Source: Bacteroidota bacterium (GTDB taxonomy: Bacteria > Bacteroidota > Bacteroidia > Flavobacteriales_D > Crocinitomicaceae). From it: 58,648 nt of DNA. A model generated the notes under the pieces. It was not told where the DNA came from. It was given only the letters and a program-made list of their open reading frames with translations, and made no database searches. The stretch lies in assembly GCA_016868915.1 (NCBI GenBank), contig VGFL01000001.1:1-58648 (forward strand), read 5' to 3'. Shown one piece after another: positions 18,184 to 26,808 of this stretch (its first letter is position 1; each line of letters opens with the position of its first letter). The position numbers and the translations under genes were made by a program.

Positions 18184-18795
18184 ATGAAATCATTTGAACA
18201 GATCCTAAAGAGCCGTTACCCGGGTAAGGCAATTACTTCATTAACTTTTAAAAATGAACTGTTTTTTCTCATTGATTTCGTAAAGGAAAAAGGAGTAAAC
18301 GTTTTAATGACTAGCTCATTTCACACATATCAAATGCCCGTTCCTGAAAAACTTCAACCTCTTGAATACGGGGAATTGTATTTTTGTATCCCTGAATATT
18401 GGGATATAAAAAATCCTAATTCCGCAGAATTTAACTGGCTATTTGAATGGCTTATTCGAATAACAACCTATACAATAAATAATAATACTTGGCTTGGTGA
18501 TGGGCACACATACGATTGCTCAAAAAGCGGAAAACAACTTTCACATTCAATTAAGCAAGACCATTTATTTATTAGTAGCCCAAACTATTTAGAGGAAGAA
18601 TTAAAGCCCATTGAACTAGGGGGCAAAATCATTCATTTTTGGGCGCTTATCCCACTATTTGGTGATGAAATGGATTACAAACAAGGGAAGGGAACAGTAA
18701 AGCTTAAAAAGAAATTCTTAATTAAAGGAGTAACTGAAAAATTAGATGAATTTCGACAATCTTGTTTAAAAAATCGTTGGCTATTTTTTAAATGA
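18184..18795 (+). CDS. suppressor-of-fused (SUFU-like) domain protein
   Basis: An ATG is at 18184 (the track start at 18178 is TTG). The pattern LMTSSFHTYQMPVPE...GELYFCIPEYW...NWLFEWLIRITTYTINNNTWLGDGHT matches the bacterial SUFU-like arrangement (LVTxGMS..M.VP...AEL...LP..W...WP...L..L...PH...TWL..GHT). Recognised from memory. Confidence 0.5.
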   Translation: MKSFEQILKSRYPGKAITSLTFKNELFFLIDFVKEKGVNVLMTSSFHTYQMPVPEKLQPLEYGELYFCIPEYWDIKNPNSAEFNWLFEWLIRITTYTINNNTWLGDGHTYDCSKSGKQLSHSIKQDHLFISSPNYLEEELKPIELGGKIIHFWALIPLFGDEMDYKQGKGTVKLKKKFLIKGVTEKLDEFRQSCLKNRWLFFK

Positions 18796-19715
18796 AAAAA
18801 ATATTTCCCCCCATCCTTTGGGCACACATGGCTCTTTTTACCGTGAATATGCTTTACGGGGCAAGTCATATTTTAGCAAAAGGCGTTATGCCTGCCTATT
18901 TAACTCCATCTGTTTTCATTTTATTGCGTGTTTTTGGTGCAACCATGCTATTTTGGATAATTCTTTCTTTTTCCAGAAATTTTTCAATTGAACGAAAAGA
19001 CTGGATTCGTTTGATTGCATGTGGCCTTTTTGGCGTAACGATAAACCAATTATTTTTCTTTCATGGTCTTAATTTATCCTCTTCGGTTAATTCTGGAATT
19101 ATAATGGCTTTCAACCCAATTCTAGTAGTAATACTATCAGCTTTAATGCTCAAAGAAAAAATAACGCTTATTCGTTTAATTGGAATTTTTATCGGTGGTA
19201 CCGGGGCTATATTGTTAACTCTAACAGGAAAGTCTATTTCAGAAAAATCCCTTGGCGATATCTATTTGCTTATTAACTCGTTCAGTTATGCCATTTACTT
19301 GATATTAGCCAAACCACTCATGAAAAAATACAGCCCTATTCTTGTTATTACCTGGATTTTTACCACGGGATTAGGTTTTTTATTTTTATACCCGCCAGTA
19401 TTGGCCGAATTTTCCACTACAAATTTTACCGCTATTCCTTTTGATATTTGGGTAAAAGTCACATACGTAGTGGTGGGGGTAACATTTTTAACTTATTTAC
19501 TGACGATGTTTGGGCTGAAACACTTAAGCCCTTCTGTTTCAAGCTCTTACATTTATTTTCAGCCGATAATGGTCATTGGTTTTGCATATTTATTTCTTTA
19601 CATAGGTATAGCCGACGACTATACTTCGAGCATTACTTTTCAAAAAATTATCTATATGCTCCTCATTTTTTTGGGTGTATATTTATCTAGTCGTAACGTT
19701 AAAAACTCTTTTTAA
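18792..19715 (+). CDS. EamA/DMT-family transporter
   Basis: 307 aa. Ten hydrophobic segments in two EamA-like halves. ATGA overlap with the upstream gene. Confidence 0.8.
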   Translation: MKKIFPPILWAHMALFTVNMLYGASHILAKGVMPAYLTPSVFILLRVFGATMLFWIILSFSRNFSIERKDWIRLIACGLFGVTINQLFFFHGLNLSSSVNSGIIMAFNPILVVILSALMLKEKITLIRLIGIFIGGTGAILLTLTGKSISEKSLGDIYLLINSFSYAIYLILAKPLMKKYSPILVITWIFTTGLGFLFLYPPVLAEFSTTNFTAIPFDIWVKVTYVVVGVTFLTYLLTMFGLKHLSPSVSSSYIYFQPIMVIGFAYLFLYIGIADDYTSSITFQKIIYMLLIFLGVYLSSRNVKNSF

Positions 19716-19716
19716 C

Positions 19717-20892
19717 TTACACTATCTCAAAAACTCCGGCTGCTCCCTGTCCGGTTCCCACACACATAGTCACGACTCCGTATTTTTGGTTCCTACGCTT
19801 GAGTTCATTTATGATTTGAACTGAAAGTTTGGCCCCTGTACAGCCAAGTGGATGGCCAAGTGCAATGGCGCCACCATTCACATTCACGATATCATGATTT
19901 AATCCAACTTCTTTAATTACTGCTAATGCTTGAGAGGCAAAAGCTTCATTTAATTCAAATAAGTCAATGTCGTTTTGTTTAAGCCCAGCTGCTTTTAGTG
20001 CTTTTGGAATGGCCTCTACAGGACCAATTCCCATTATTCGCGGATCTACTCCAACAGTAGTATAGGAAATGAGTCTTGCAATTGGTTTGATATTTAATTC
20101 TTTAACCATTTCTTCTGACATTACCATCACAAATGCAGCGCCGTCAGAAGTTTGTGAACTATTTCCCGCTGTAACCGAACCATCAGTGGCGAAAACGGGC
20201 TTAAGCACAGAAAGCCCTTCCAGCGAACTGGCTCGCGGGCCTTCATCCGTATCAACGATATATTTACGTTCAACTCTTTTTTCATTTTCATCCAAAAAGA
20301 TATGCTCAACCTCAATTGGTGCGATATCATCTTTGAATCTTCCTTCTTGAATAGCTTTTAATGCTTTTTCGTGGGAGTTTAAGGCAAATACATCTTGTTC
20401 TTGACGACTAATCGAATAGTCTTTTGCGACCGCTTCAGCTGTCAAGCCCATTCCCCAATAGTATGTGGGGTTATTTCTTCCTTCTCGCGGATTTGGGACA
20501 ATTCTCCAGCCACCCATTGCCATAATTGACATTGATTCAGCCCCTCCAGCGATAATACAATGAGCCATTCCCGATTCTATTTTTGATTTAGCAATTGCAA
20601 TTGTTTCCAATCCTGATGCGCAATAACGATTAACCGTCATACCGGAAACTCTATCGGTTTTCAGTCCAAACAAAGAAATCATTCGTCCCATATTTAGCCC
20701 TTGTTCTGCTTCCGGGGTTGCATTTCCGACAATCACATCGTCAATTCGTTCTTTATCCAAATTTGGAACCGAAGCAACCAAATGAGAAATAACTTTAGCT
20801 GCTATGTCATCCGGCCTGTAAAAGCGAAAACCGCCTTTTCCTGCTTTACCAACCGCTGAGCGAAATCCCGCAACGATATATGCTGTTTTCAT
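19717..20892 (-). CDS. fadA: acetyl-CoA C-acyltransferase (3-ketoacyl-CoA thiolase)
   Basis: 391 aa. Active-site NRYCASGLE. C-terminal NVNGGAIALGHPLGCTGA and MCVGTGQGAAGVFE thiolase signatures. Confidence 0.9.
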   Translation of the reverse strand: MKTAYIVAGFRSAVGKAGKGGFRFYRPDDIAAKVISHLVASVPNLDKERIDDVIVGNATPEAEQGLNMGRMISLFGLKTDRVSGMTVNRYCASGLETIAIAKSKIESGMAHCIIAGGAESMSIMAMGGWRIVPNPREGRNNPTYYWGMGLTAEAVAKDYSISRQEQDVFALNSHEKALKAIQEGRFKDDIAPIEVEHIFLDENEKRVERKYIVDTDEGPRASSLEGLSVLKPVFATDGSVTAGNSSQTSDGAAFVMVMSEEMVKELNIKPIARLISYTTVGVDPRIMGIGPVEAIPKALKAAGLKQNDIDLFELNEAFASQALAVIKEVGLNHDIVNVNGGAIALGHPLGCTGAKLSVQIINELKRRNQKYGVVTMCVGTGQGAAGVFEIV

Positions 20893-21524
20893 GTCTTTTT
20901 TATAAAATTTAAATTAAGAATTTTAAAAATTAGAGGGGAAACGGATAGGAAAATAATACCTAGACAAACCAAATCAATATTTTTTCTTATCCATTCAATT
21001 TCACCGAGAAGGTACCCCGCAATGCAAAGACCAAAGACCCATAAAAATCCACCAACTAAATCGAAAATAAAAAATATACGATAATTCATTTTCCCAACTC
21101 CGGCGGCAAATGGAGCGAACGTTCTAACAAAAGGAACAAAACGCGCCATAATTATTGCTTTTACTCCGTTTTTTTCAAAAAACTCTTCTGTTTTATCTAA
21201 ATATTTTTTCTTAACAAGCTTTCTGTTTTTAATTTTCCAAGATAAAACCTCCAATCCTATTTTTCGTCCAATCCAATAATTGCAATTATCTCCAAGCACT
21301 GCTGCTATGTAGAGTAATGTCAATAAAGAAGATAAATCTAAATAACCGGTTTTTGCAAATAACCCGGCGGTAAATAACAAAGAATCCCCAGGGAGAAAAG
21401 GCATTACAACAAACCCTGTTTCAATAAAAATCACCAAAAATAAAATGAGATAAATAGCTGTTCCATATTGAGAAAACAACCAATTAAAGTCAAGCGCTAA
21501 AATGTGTTTAAAAAGTTCAAGCAT
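20889..21524 (-). CDS. DedA-family (VTT domain) membrane protein
   Basis: 211 aa. Signature MPFLPGDSLLFTAG and ARFVPFVRTFAPF. Overlaps fadA by 4 nt and abuts the upstream dehydrogenase gene. Confidence 0.8.
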   Translation of the reverse strand: MLELFKHILALDFNWLFSQYGTAIYLILFLVIFIETGFVVMPFLPGDSLLFTAGLFAKTGYLDLSSLLTLLYIAAVLGDNCNYWIGRKIGLEVLSWKIKNRKLVKKKYLDKTEEFFEKNGVKAIIMARFVPFVRTFAPFAAGVGKMNYRIFFIFDLVGGFLWVFGLCIAGYLLGEIEWIRKNIDLVCLGIIFLSVSPLIFKILNLNFIKKT

Positions 21525-23930
21525 TTAATTTCTTAAAATTTTACCAAATTTCACTAAACTTTCGATTCGCTCTAGCGTTTTGCGCTGCATACATAGATCC
21601 ACAAAAGCTTTTCGTTCCAAATCTAACAAGTATTGTTCTGTAACCAATGTATTTTCTGATAAATCTCCGCCACAAAGTACAAATCCTAATTTTTCTGAAA
21701 TAAAGGCGTCATGCTCAGAGATATACTTGCCACTCAACATAGAATTTGCCCCAACATAAACAATTCCTAATCCCTCTTGACCAACTACTGTTATGTTTTT
21801 ACCTTTTTTAGGGGCAATATAACCAATTTCAGCCAACTCTAAACAAGCCGCTTTGGCTCGTGCTAATTGATAATCTCGACTTACCACAACCTCATCAATC
21901 CCTTCTCGCAAATACCCTAAATCAAAAGCCTCATATGCTGAAGTTGAAACTTTCGCTTGCCCAATAGTCAAAAAACGCTCACGCAAACGATTGATTTTAA
22001 TATCTCCTGCCATAAGCTCATCAGATAGGCGTTTTGCAAATTCCTTGGTCCCTGCTCCTGCTGGAATTACGCCTATTCCGAATTCAACCAAGCCAATGTA
22101 TGATTCCGCATGAGCAACGACTTTATCAGCGTGCATGCACATTTCGCAGCTTCCGCCTAAAGTTAAATTGTGAGGGGCAACAATTACAGGAGCATTACAA
22201 TAGCGAACGCGCATCATCACGTCTTGAAAAGCTTTAACCGCAAAATTTAATTCATCGAAATCCTGTTCTACAGCCATCATAAAAATCATTGCAACATTTG
22301 CTCCAGCAGAAAAATTTTGTCCAGTATTTGAAATGACCAATCCTCTATAGTCACTCTCCGCCAAGTCCATAGCTTTGTTCATCCCTTCAATTACACCCGC
22401 CCCTATTGAGTTCATTTTCGTGTGAAATTCTAAATTCAAAATCCCATCTCCTAAATGAACTATTGTTGTATCCGAATTGCCCCAAACTTTATTCTCAACT
22501 CGCAAAGAATCCAATTCAATTAAACTTTCGGTACCAGGAATCACTTGATAGGATTGTGATTTCAAGTCATAAAACATTCGCTTTCCATTTTCTGATTTAT
22601 AAAATGAAGTAAATCCAACCACCTTCATGTCTTGAACCCAATTAGCGACTTTTTTATTGTGGTCGCTAATGAGCCTTAACCCCTGGTCCAATCCAAGAAC
22701 GTCCCACGTCTCAAAAGGGCCAAGTTCCCAACCAAAACCTGCTTTTAAAGCATCATCAATTTTATATAAATCATCTGAAATTTCCGGAATTCTATTAGAT
22801 ACATAAGCGAAAAGCCCAGCAAAAATTTGTCGGTAAAACTGACCTGCCTTATCCATTCCCATCAACAACATTTTAGTACGCTGCTTAAGGTCCTCAATTG
22901 GTTTTGCCATATCCAAAGTGGAAAATTTTACTTTTTCAGGTATTTTATATTCCATCGATGTCAAATCCAAAGATAAAATTTGCTTATTCCCGTTATCATC
23001 CTTTGATTTCTTATAAAATCCCTGTTCTGATTTTGCTCCGAGCCACCCATTTTCTATCATTTTAGTAATGAAATCTGGCAATTCAAAAAGCATTCGTTCC
23101 TCATCCGAAAGACAATTGTCTTTTAGCCCATTTGCCACGTGTACCAAAGTATCTAATCCAACAACATCACATGTTCTAAAAGTAGCGGACTTGGGTCTTC
23201 CTAAAATTGGCCCTGATAATTTGTCTACCTCATCAACAGAAAATCCAAGTTCTTTGACAGTATGAAATAGTGACATAATTGAATAAACACCAACTCTATT
23301 GGCAATAAATGCCGGTGTATCTTTGCAAAGCACAGTCTTCTTGCCCAAATATCGCATTCCATAATCCATTAAAAAATCTATTATTTCAGGCTTTGTCTGA
23401 GGAGTTGGAATAACTTCAAGTAATTGCAAGTATCGTGGCGGATTAAAAAAATGTGTTCCGCAAAAATGAGCCTGAAATTCTTCGCTTCTACCTTTATTCA
23501 TCAAATGGATGGGAATTCCAGATGTGTTGGAAGAAATAATTGTTCCAGGTGATCTGTATTTTTCAACCTTTTCAAACAACTGTAATTTAATATCAAGTCG
23601 TTCAACTACAACTTCAATTATCCAATCGCAGCTTGAAATTTTAGATAAATCATCTTCAAAATTTCCAGTTTGGATAAGAGTGGAATAGGTTTTTCGGTAA
23701 ATTGGAGAGGGATTTGATTTCAAGGCAATTTGCAAAGCCCCATCTACTATTCTATTTCGAACTGATTTTGATTCAATTGTTAATCCTTTTTCTTTCTCTT
23801 CATGGGTAATTTCATTTGGAGCAATATCCAATAATAGTACTTCACACCCAATATTAGCAAAATGACAAGCAATTCGGGATCCCATTACACCAGAGCCCAA
23901 AACTGCAATTCGTTTTATATGTCTATTCAT
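21525..23930 (-). CDS. bifunctional 3-hydroxyacyl-CoA dehydrogenase / enoyl-CoA hydratase (FadN-type domain order)
   Basis: 801 aa. N-terminal Rossmann IAVLGSGVMGSRIA (3HCDH). C-terminal crotonase region (LNLEFHTKMNSIG...QNFSAGANV...GGSCEMCMHAD). Domain order is reversed relative to E. coli FadB. Confidence 0.85.
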   Translation of the reverse strand: MNRHIKRIAVLGSGVMGSRIACHFANIGCEVLLLDIAPNEITHEEKEKGLTIESKSVRNRIVDGALQIALKSNPSPIYRKTYSTLIQTGNFEDDLSKISSCDWIIEVVVERLDIKLQLFEKVEKYRSPGTIISSNTSGIPIHLMNKGRSEEFQAHFCGTHFFNPPRYLQLLEVIPTPQTKPEIIDFLMDYGMRYLGKKTVLCKDTPAFIANRVGVYSIMSLFHTVKELGFSVDEVDKLSGPILGRPKSATFRTCDVVGLDTLVHVANGLKDNCLSDEERMLFELPDFITKMIENGWLGAKSEQGFYKKSKDDNGNKQILSLDLTSMEYKIPEKVKFSTLDMAKPIEDLKQRTKMLLMGMDKAGQFYRQIFAGLFAYVSNRIPEISDDLYKIDDALKAGFGWELGPFETWDVLGLDQGLRLISDHNKKVANWVQDMKVVGFTSFYKSENGKRMFYDLKSQSYQVIPGTESLIELDSLRVENKVWGNSDTTIVHLGDGILNLEFHTKMNSIGAGVIEGMNKAMDLAESDYRGLVISNTGQNFSAGANVAMIFMMAVEQDFDELNFAVKAFQDVMMRVRYCNAPVIVAPHNLTLGGSCEMCMHADKVVAHAESYIGLVEFGIGVIPAGAGTKEFAKRLSDELMAGDIKINRLRERFLTIGQAKVSTSAYEAFDLGYLREGIDEVVVSRDYQLARAKAACLELAEIGYIAPKKGKNITVVGQEGLGIVYVGANSMLSGKYISEHDAFISEKLGFVLCGGDLSENTLVTEQYLLDLERKAFVDLCMQRKTLERIESLVKFGKILRN

Positions 23931-23946
23931 CAGTGTTTAATTTCAA

Positions 23947-24387
23947 TTAATCTATTCTCACAACCTCGTCAATAATTTCATCCATAACTTGCATCGTTTT
24001 AAAAAACCCATGAAGTTCTTTTGTAGTAGCTCTTTTGTATATCTTATCATTAAAATCTACTAGAAAATCACGGACAATATTTCTTTTTTTTAACCCATCA
24101 TTTGTTAAAAATATTAATACTTTTCGTTTGTCCAAACTTGTGATTTCACGTCTTATCCAACCCTGATCCTCCATAGATTTCAATGTTCTAGATAAAGACG
24201 TGGGCTCCATGCCCATTCGGGGGCCAAGAGAAGTGCTTGGTGTGCCTGTCTTATCAATATTCATCAATATGAAACCTGTAGAAATTGTCAATCCTCGAGA
24301 CAAGGCCTTTTGATTGTACATGCGATAGATTCGATGCCAAGCATGCCTCACTTGAACATCAATTAATCCTTGTTTTTTCTCTTTCAT
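23947..24387 (-). CDS. MarR-family transcriptional regulator
   Basis: 146 aa. Winged-HTH region (PSTSLGPRMGMEPTSLSRTLKSMEDQGWIRR...DKRKVLIFLTNDG). First gene of the co-directional fad string. Confidence 0.8.
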   Translation of the reverse strand: MKEKKQGLIDVQVRHAWHRIYRMYNQKALSRGLTISTGFILMNIDKTGTPSTSLGPRMGMEPTSLSRTLKSMEDQGWIRREITSLDKRKVLIFLTNDGLKKRNIVRDFLVDFNDKIYKRATTKELHGFFKTMQVMDEIIDEVVRID

Positions 24388-24392
24388 TTAAA

Positions 24393-24400
24393 CAAATATA
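24393..24400 (-). promoter_or_regulatory. candidate -7 promoter box TATATTTG for marR
   Basis: Exact TAnnTTTG on the minus strand, only 5 nt upstream of the marR ATG (24385-24387). Confidence 0.35.
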
Positions 24401-24405
24401 CGTAT

Positions 24406-24423
24406 TATTATGCGCGCATAATA
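24406..24423. promoter_or_regulatory. 18-bp perfect palindrome TATTATGCGCGCATAATA, candidate MarR operator
   Basis: Verified base by base as a perfect inverted repeat with a GCGCGC core in otherwise AT-rich DNA. Begins 5 nt upstream of the -7 box, in the marR / histidine-kinase divergent intergenic region. Confidence 0.5.
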
Positions 24424-24468
24424 TAAAAAAGCTGTAATTTTAAAATAGTTATTTTTCGTTTTCCGTTT

Positions 24469-26103
24469 ATGAAACAAATTCGGATCAATATTATTGTTAT
24501 TCTTTTGGCGGTTTCTGTTATTTCCCTCTTGATAGTGCAAACATTTCAAGTTATTCAACTATACGACCGAAAAATAACCCAATTCAACAATAATCTTAAG
24601 TCCTCCCTGGAAAGAATTGCATTACGTCATGAAAAAGCAGAAGACATCCGACGATATATGCGTCTGGTAAATAATGATTTTAGCGCTCAGTACAAAGATA
24701 TTTTAAAACAAGAATTTAAAAATCTTATTCCTAAAAATGAAACTGTTTCTATTGCTGATACGACAATTTTTGAGGGGGGAAAAAAATTAAGCTATTTAAT
24801 AATTAAGGGGAAAGCAGTTGATTCGTTATCAGGATTAAGTACTGAACAAAAAGTATATGCGCGTGATATTAGAGAATTGAAAGATTTGTTTGATAAAAAT
24901 AATAACCCCCTTCCTACTAATGACTCAATGAAAATTGCAATTCAATTAGATGAACAGGTGTTGCAACAGATATTCAAAAAAGCACGCTTTGTGAATGACA
25001 TGATGGTACAAGCTTTTCGTGATAATGTATATAGTGATCAAAGCAGAAGAATTGATATTGCCTTTCTTGATTCGGTCATTCGCAACGAACTAATTGACGA
25101 TGATTTACCGAATGTATACAAATTTAATGTGTCTAATGATTCAAATAAAGTTTTCACATTTTCAAATCAACCCAAAACTTACGACACAAAAATCCCTAAA
25201 TCAGAAAGTGGGAAAACGGTTTTATTTCCAAGCAATATAATTGATGAAAACATCCATTTATGCTTGTTTTTTCCCGATAAGCAAAGTTTTATATTTCAAG
25301 AAATGCAAACAACGTTAATTGCAACTTTAGTTGTTGTATTATTCATTATTGCCTCGCTTATAATTATGTTTAGAATTATAATCGAACAGAGACGAATTTC
25401 TGAAATGAAAAATGATTTTATTTCAAATATGACCCATGAATTTAAAACTCCTATTTCGACCATTTCTTTGGCGTGCCAGGCCATGAGTGATAGTGATATG
25501 ATTGACGAACAGGCCAACACCGCCGTTTCCCCCTATGTAAAAATGATCCTCCAAGAGAATACCAGATTAGAAACGCTAGTTGAAAGCATATTACAGAGCG
25601 CGGTCATTGAAAAAGGAGATATAAAATACAAAGACGAAATTATTAATCTCATTCAGATTGTAGAAACTGAAATTGATAAAGCGCGCTTTAGAGTAAAATC
25701 TTTAGGTGGAAAAATAGAATTTAACGACTTTTTTGAATCCATTGAATTTGAGGCAGACAAAATGCATGTAACAAATATTATTTCCAATCTTCTAGATAAT
25801 GCAATCAAATACAGCAAAGAAAAACTTGTTATTAAAGTTTCTATTGAATCCGATAATAAACACGTATATTTAATCGTTTGTGACAATGGAATAGGTATTA
25901 ATAAAGAACACATTCCTCGATTATTCGATAAATTGTATCGAGTGCCCACCGGAAATGTGCACAATGTAAAGGGTTTTGGACTTGGGTTGAGTTATGTAAA
26001 AGCCATTTGCGACCATTATAAATGGGAAATAACAGTTAAAAGTGACTATGGTGAAGGAACTACATTCACAATTATATTTAAAAATAAAGGAAGGATAATA
26101 TGA
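24469..26103 (+). CDS. sensor histidine kinase (two TM segments, extracytoplasmic sensor domain)
   Basis: 544 aa. H-box NDFISNMTHEFKTPIS, N-box NLLDNAIKYS, G1 DNGIGI, G2 GFGLGLSYV. TM segments lie near the N-terminus and at about residue 290. Confidence 0.85.
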   Translation: MKQIRINIIVILLAVSVISLLIVQTFQVIQLYDRKITQFNNNLKSSLERIALRHEKAEDIRRYMRLVNNDFSAQYKDILKQEFKNLIPKNETVSIADTTIFEGGKKLSYLIIKGKAVDSLSGLSTEQKVYARDIRELKDLFDKNNNPLPTNDSMKIAIQLDEQVLQQIFKKARFVNDMMVQAFRDNVYSDQSRRIDIAFLDSVIRNELIDDDLPNVYKFNVSNDSNKVFTFSNQPKTYDTKIPKSESGKTVLFPSNIIDENIHLCLFFPDKQSFIFQEMQTTLIATLVVVLFIIASLIIMFRIIIEQRRISEMKNDFISNMTHEFKTPISTISLACQAMSDSDMIDEQANTAVSPYVKMILQENTRLETLVESILQSAVIEKGDIKYKDEIINLIQIVETEIDKARFRVKSLGGKIEFNDFFESIEFEADKMHVTNIISNLLDNAIKYSKEKLVIKVSIESDNKHVYLIVCDNGIGINKEHIPRLFDKLYRVPTGNVHNVKGFGLGLSYVKAICDHYKWEITVKSDYGEGTTFTIIFKNKGRII

Positions 26104-26789
26104 ATAAAAAAATTTCAATATTACTAGCGGAGGATGACGAAAATTTAGGTCAGTTATTATTCACTTTTTTACAGAACAAGGGTTTTCACGTCATTCTTAC
26201 AAGAAATGGCAAGATGGCATACGACCGATTTACAAAAGATCCTTTTGACTTCTGTGTCTTCGACGTAATGATGCCAGAAATGGATGGTTTTTCCTTGGCA
26301 AAAGAAATCAGGGAAATAGATAAAAAAGTCCCAATCCTATTTCTAACGGCCAAATCAATGAAAGAGGACCGTTTACAGGGTTTTGAAATTGGAGGTGATG
26401 ACTACTTAACAAAACCATTTTCCATGGAAGAGTTATTGGCAAGAATAAATGTTATTATCAAGAGGATTCATCCAGAAGTAATAAATGTAAATACAGAAAT
26501 ATATGTTGGAAAAATTCGCTATGAACCAGAATTACGACTACTACATGTAAGTGGGGGGGCGAAAAAACTGACCACAAAGGAAAATGACTTACTTTTGCTT
26601 TTAGTCAAAAATCAAAATGAAATTTTAGATCGACATGCTACTCTCAGGGCTATTTGGGGGGATGATAATTATTTTAATGGAAGGAGCATGGATGTTTACA
26701 TCGCAAAATTAAGAAAATTACTCCACGAGGACGATAATATTGAGATAATGAATATTCACGGCAAAGGATTCAAATTATTGATTCGTTGA
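26100..26789 (+). CDS. OmpR/PhoB-type response regulator
   Basis: 229 aa. Receiver domain (LLAEDDE, FDVMMPEMDG, LTAK) plus a winged-helix output domain (LTTKENDLLLLL...YIAKLRKLL). ATGA overlap with the kinase gene. Confidence 0.9.
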   Translation: MNKKISILLAEDDENLGQLLFTFLQNKGFHVILTRNGKMAYDRFTKDPFDFCVFDVMMPEMDGFSLAKEIREIDKKVPILFLTAKSMKEDRLQGFEIGGDDYLTKPFSMEELLARINVIIKRIHPEVINVNTEIYVGKIRYEPELRLLHVSGGAKKLTTKENDLLLLLVKNQNEILDRHATLRAIWGDDNYFNGRSMDVYIAKLRKLLHEDDNIEIMNIHGKGFKLLIR

Positions 26790-26808
26790 CACTTGAATTC
26801 ATTCTGAA

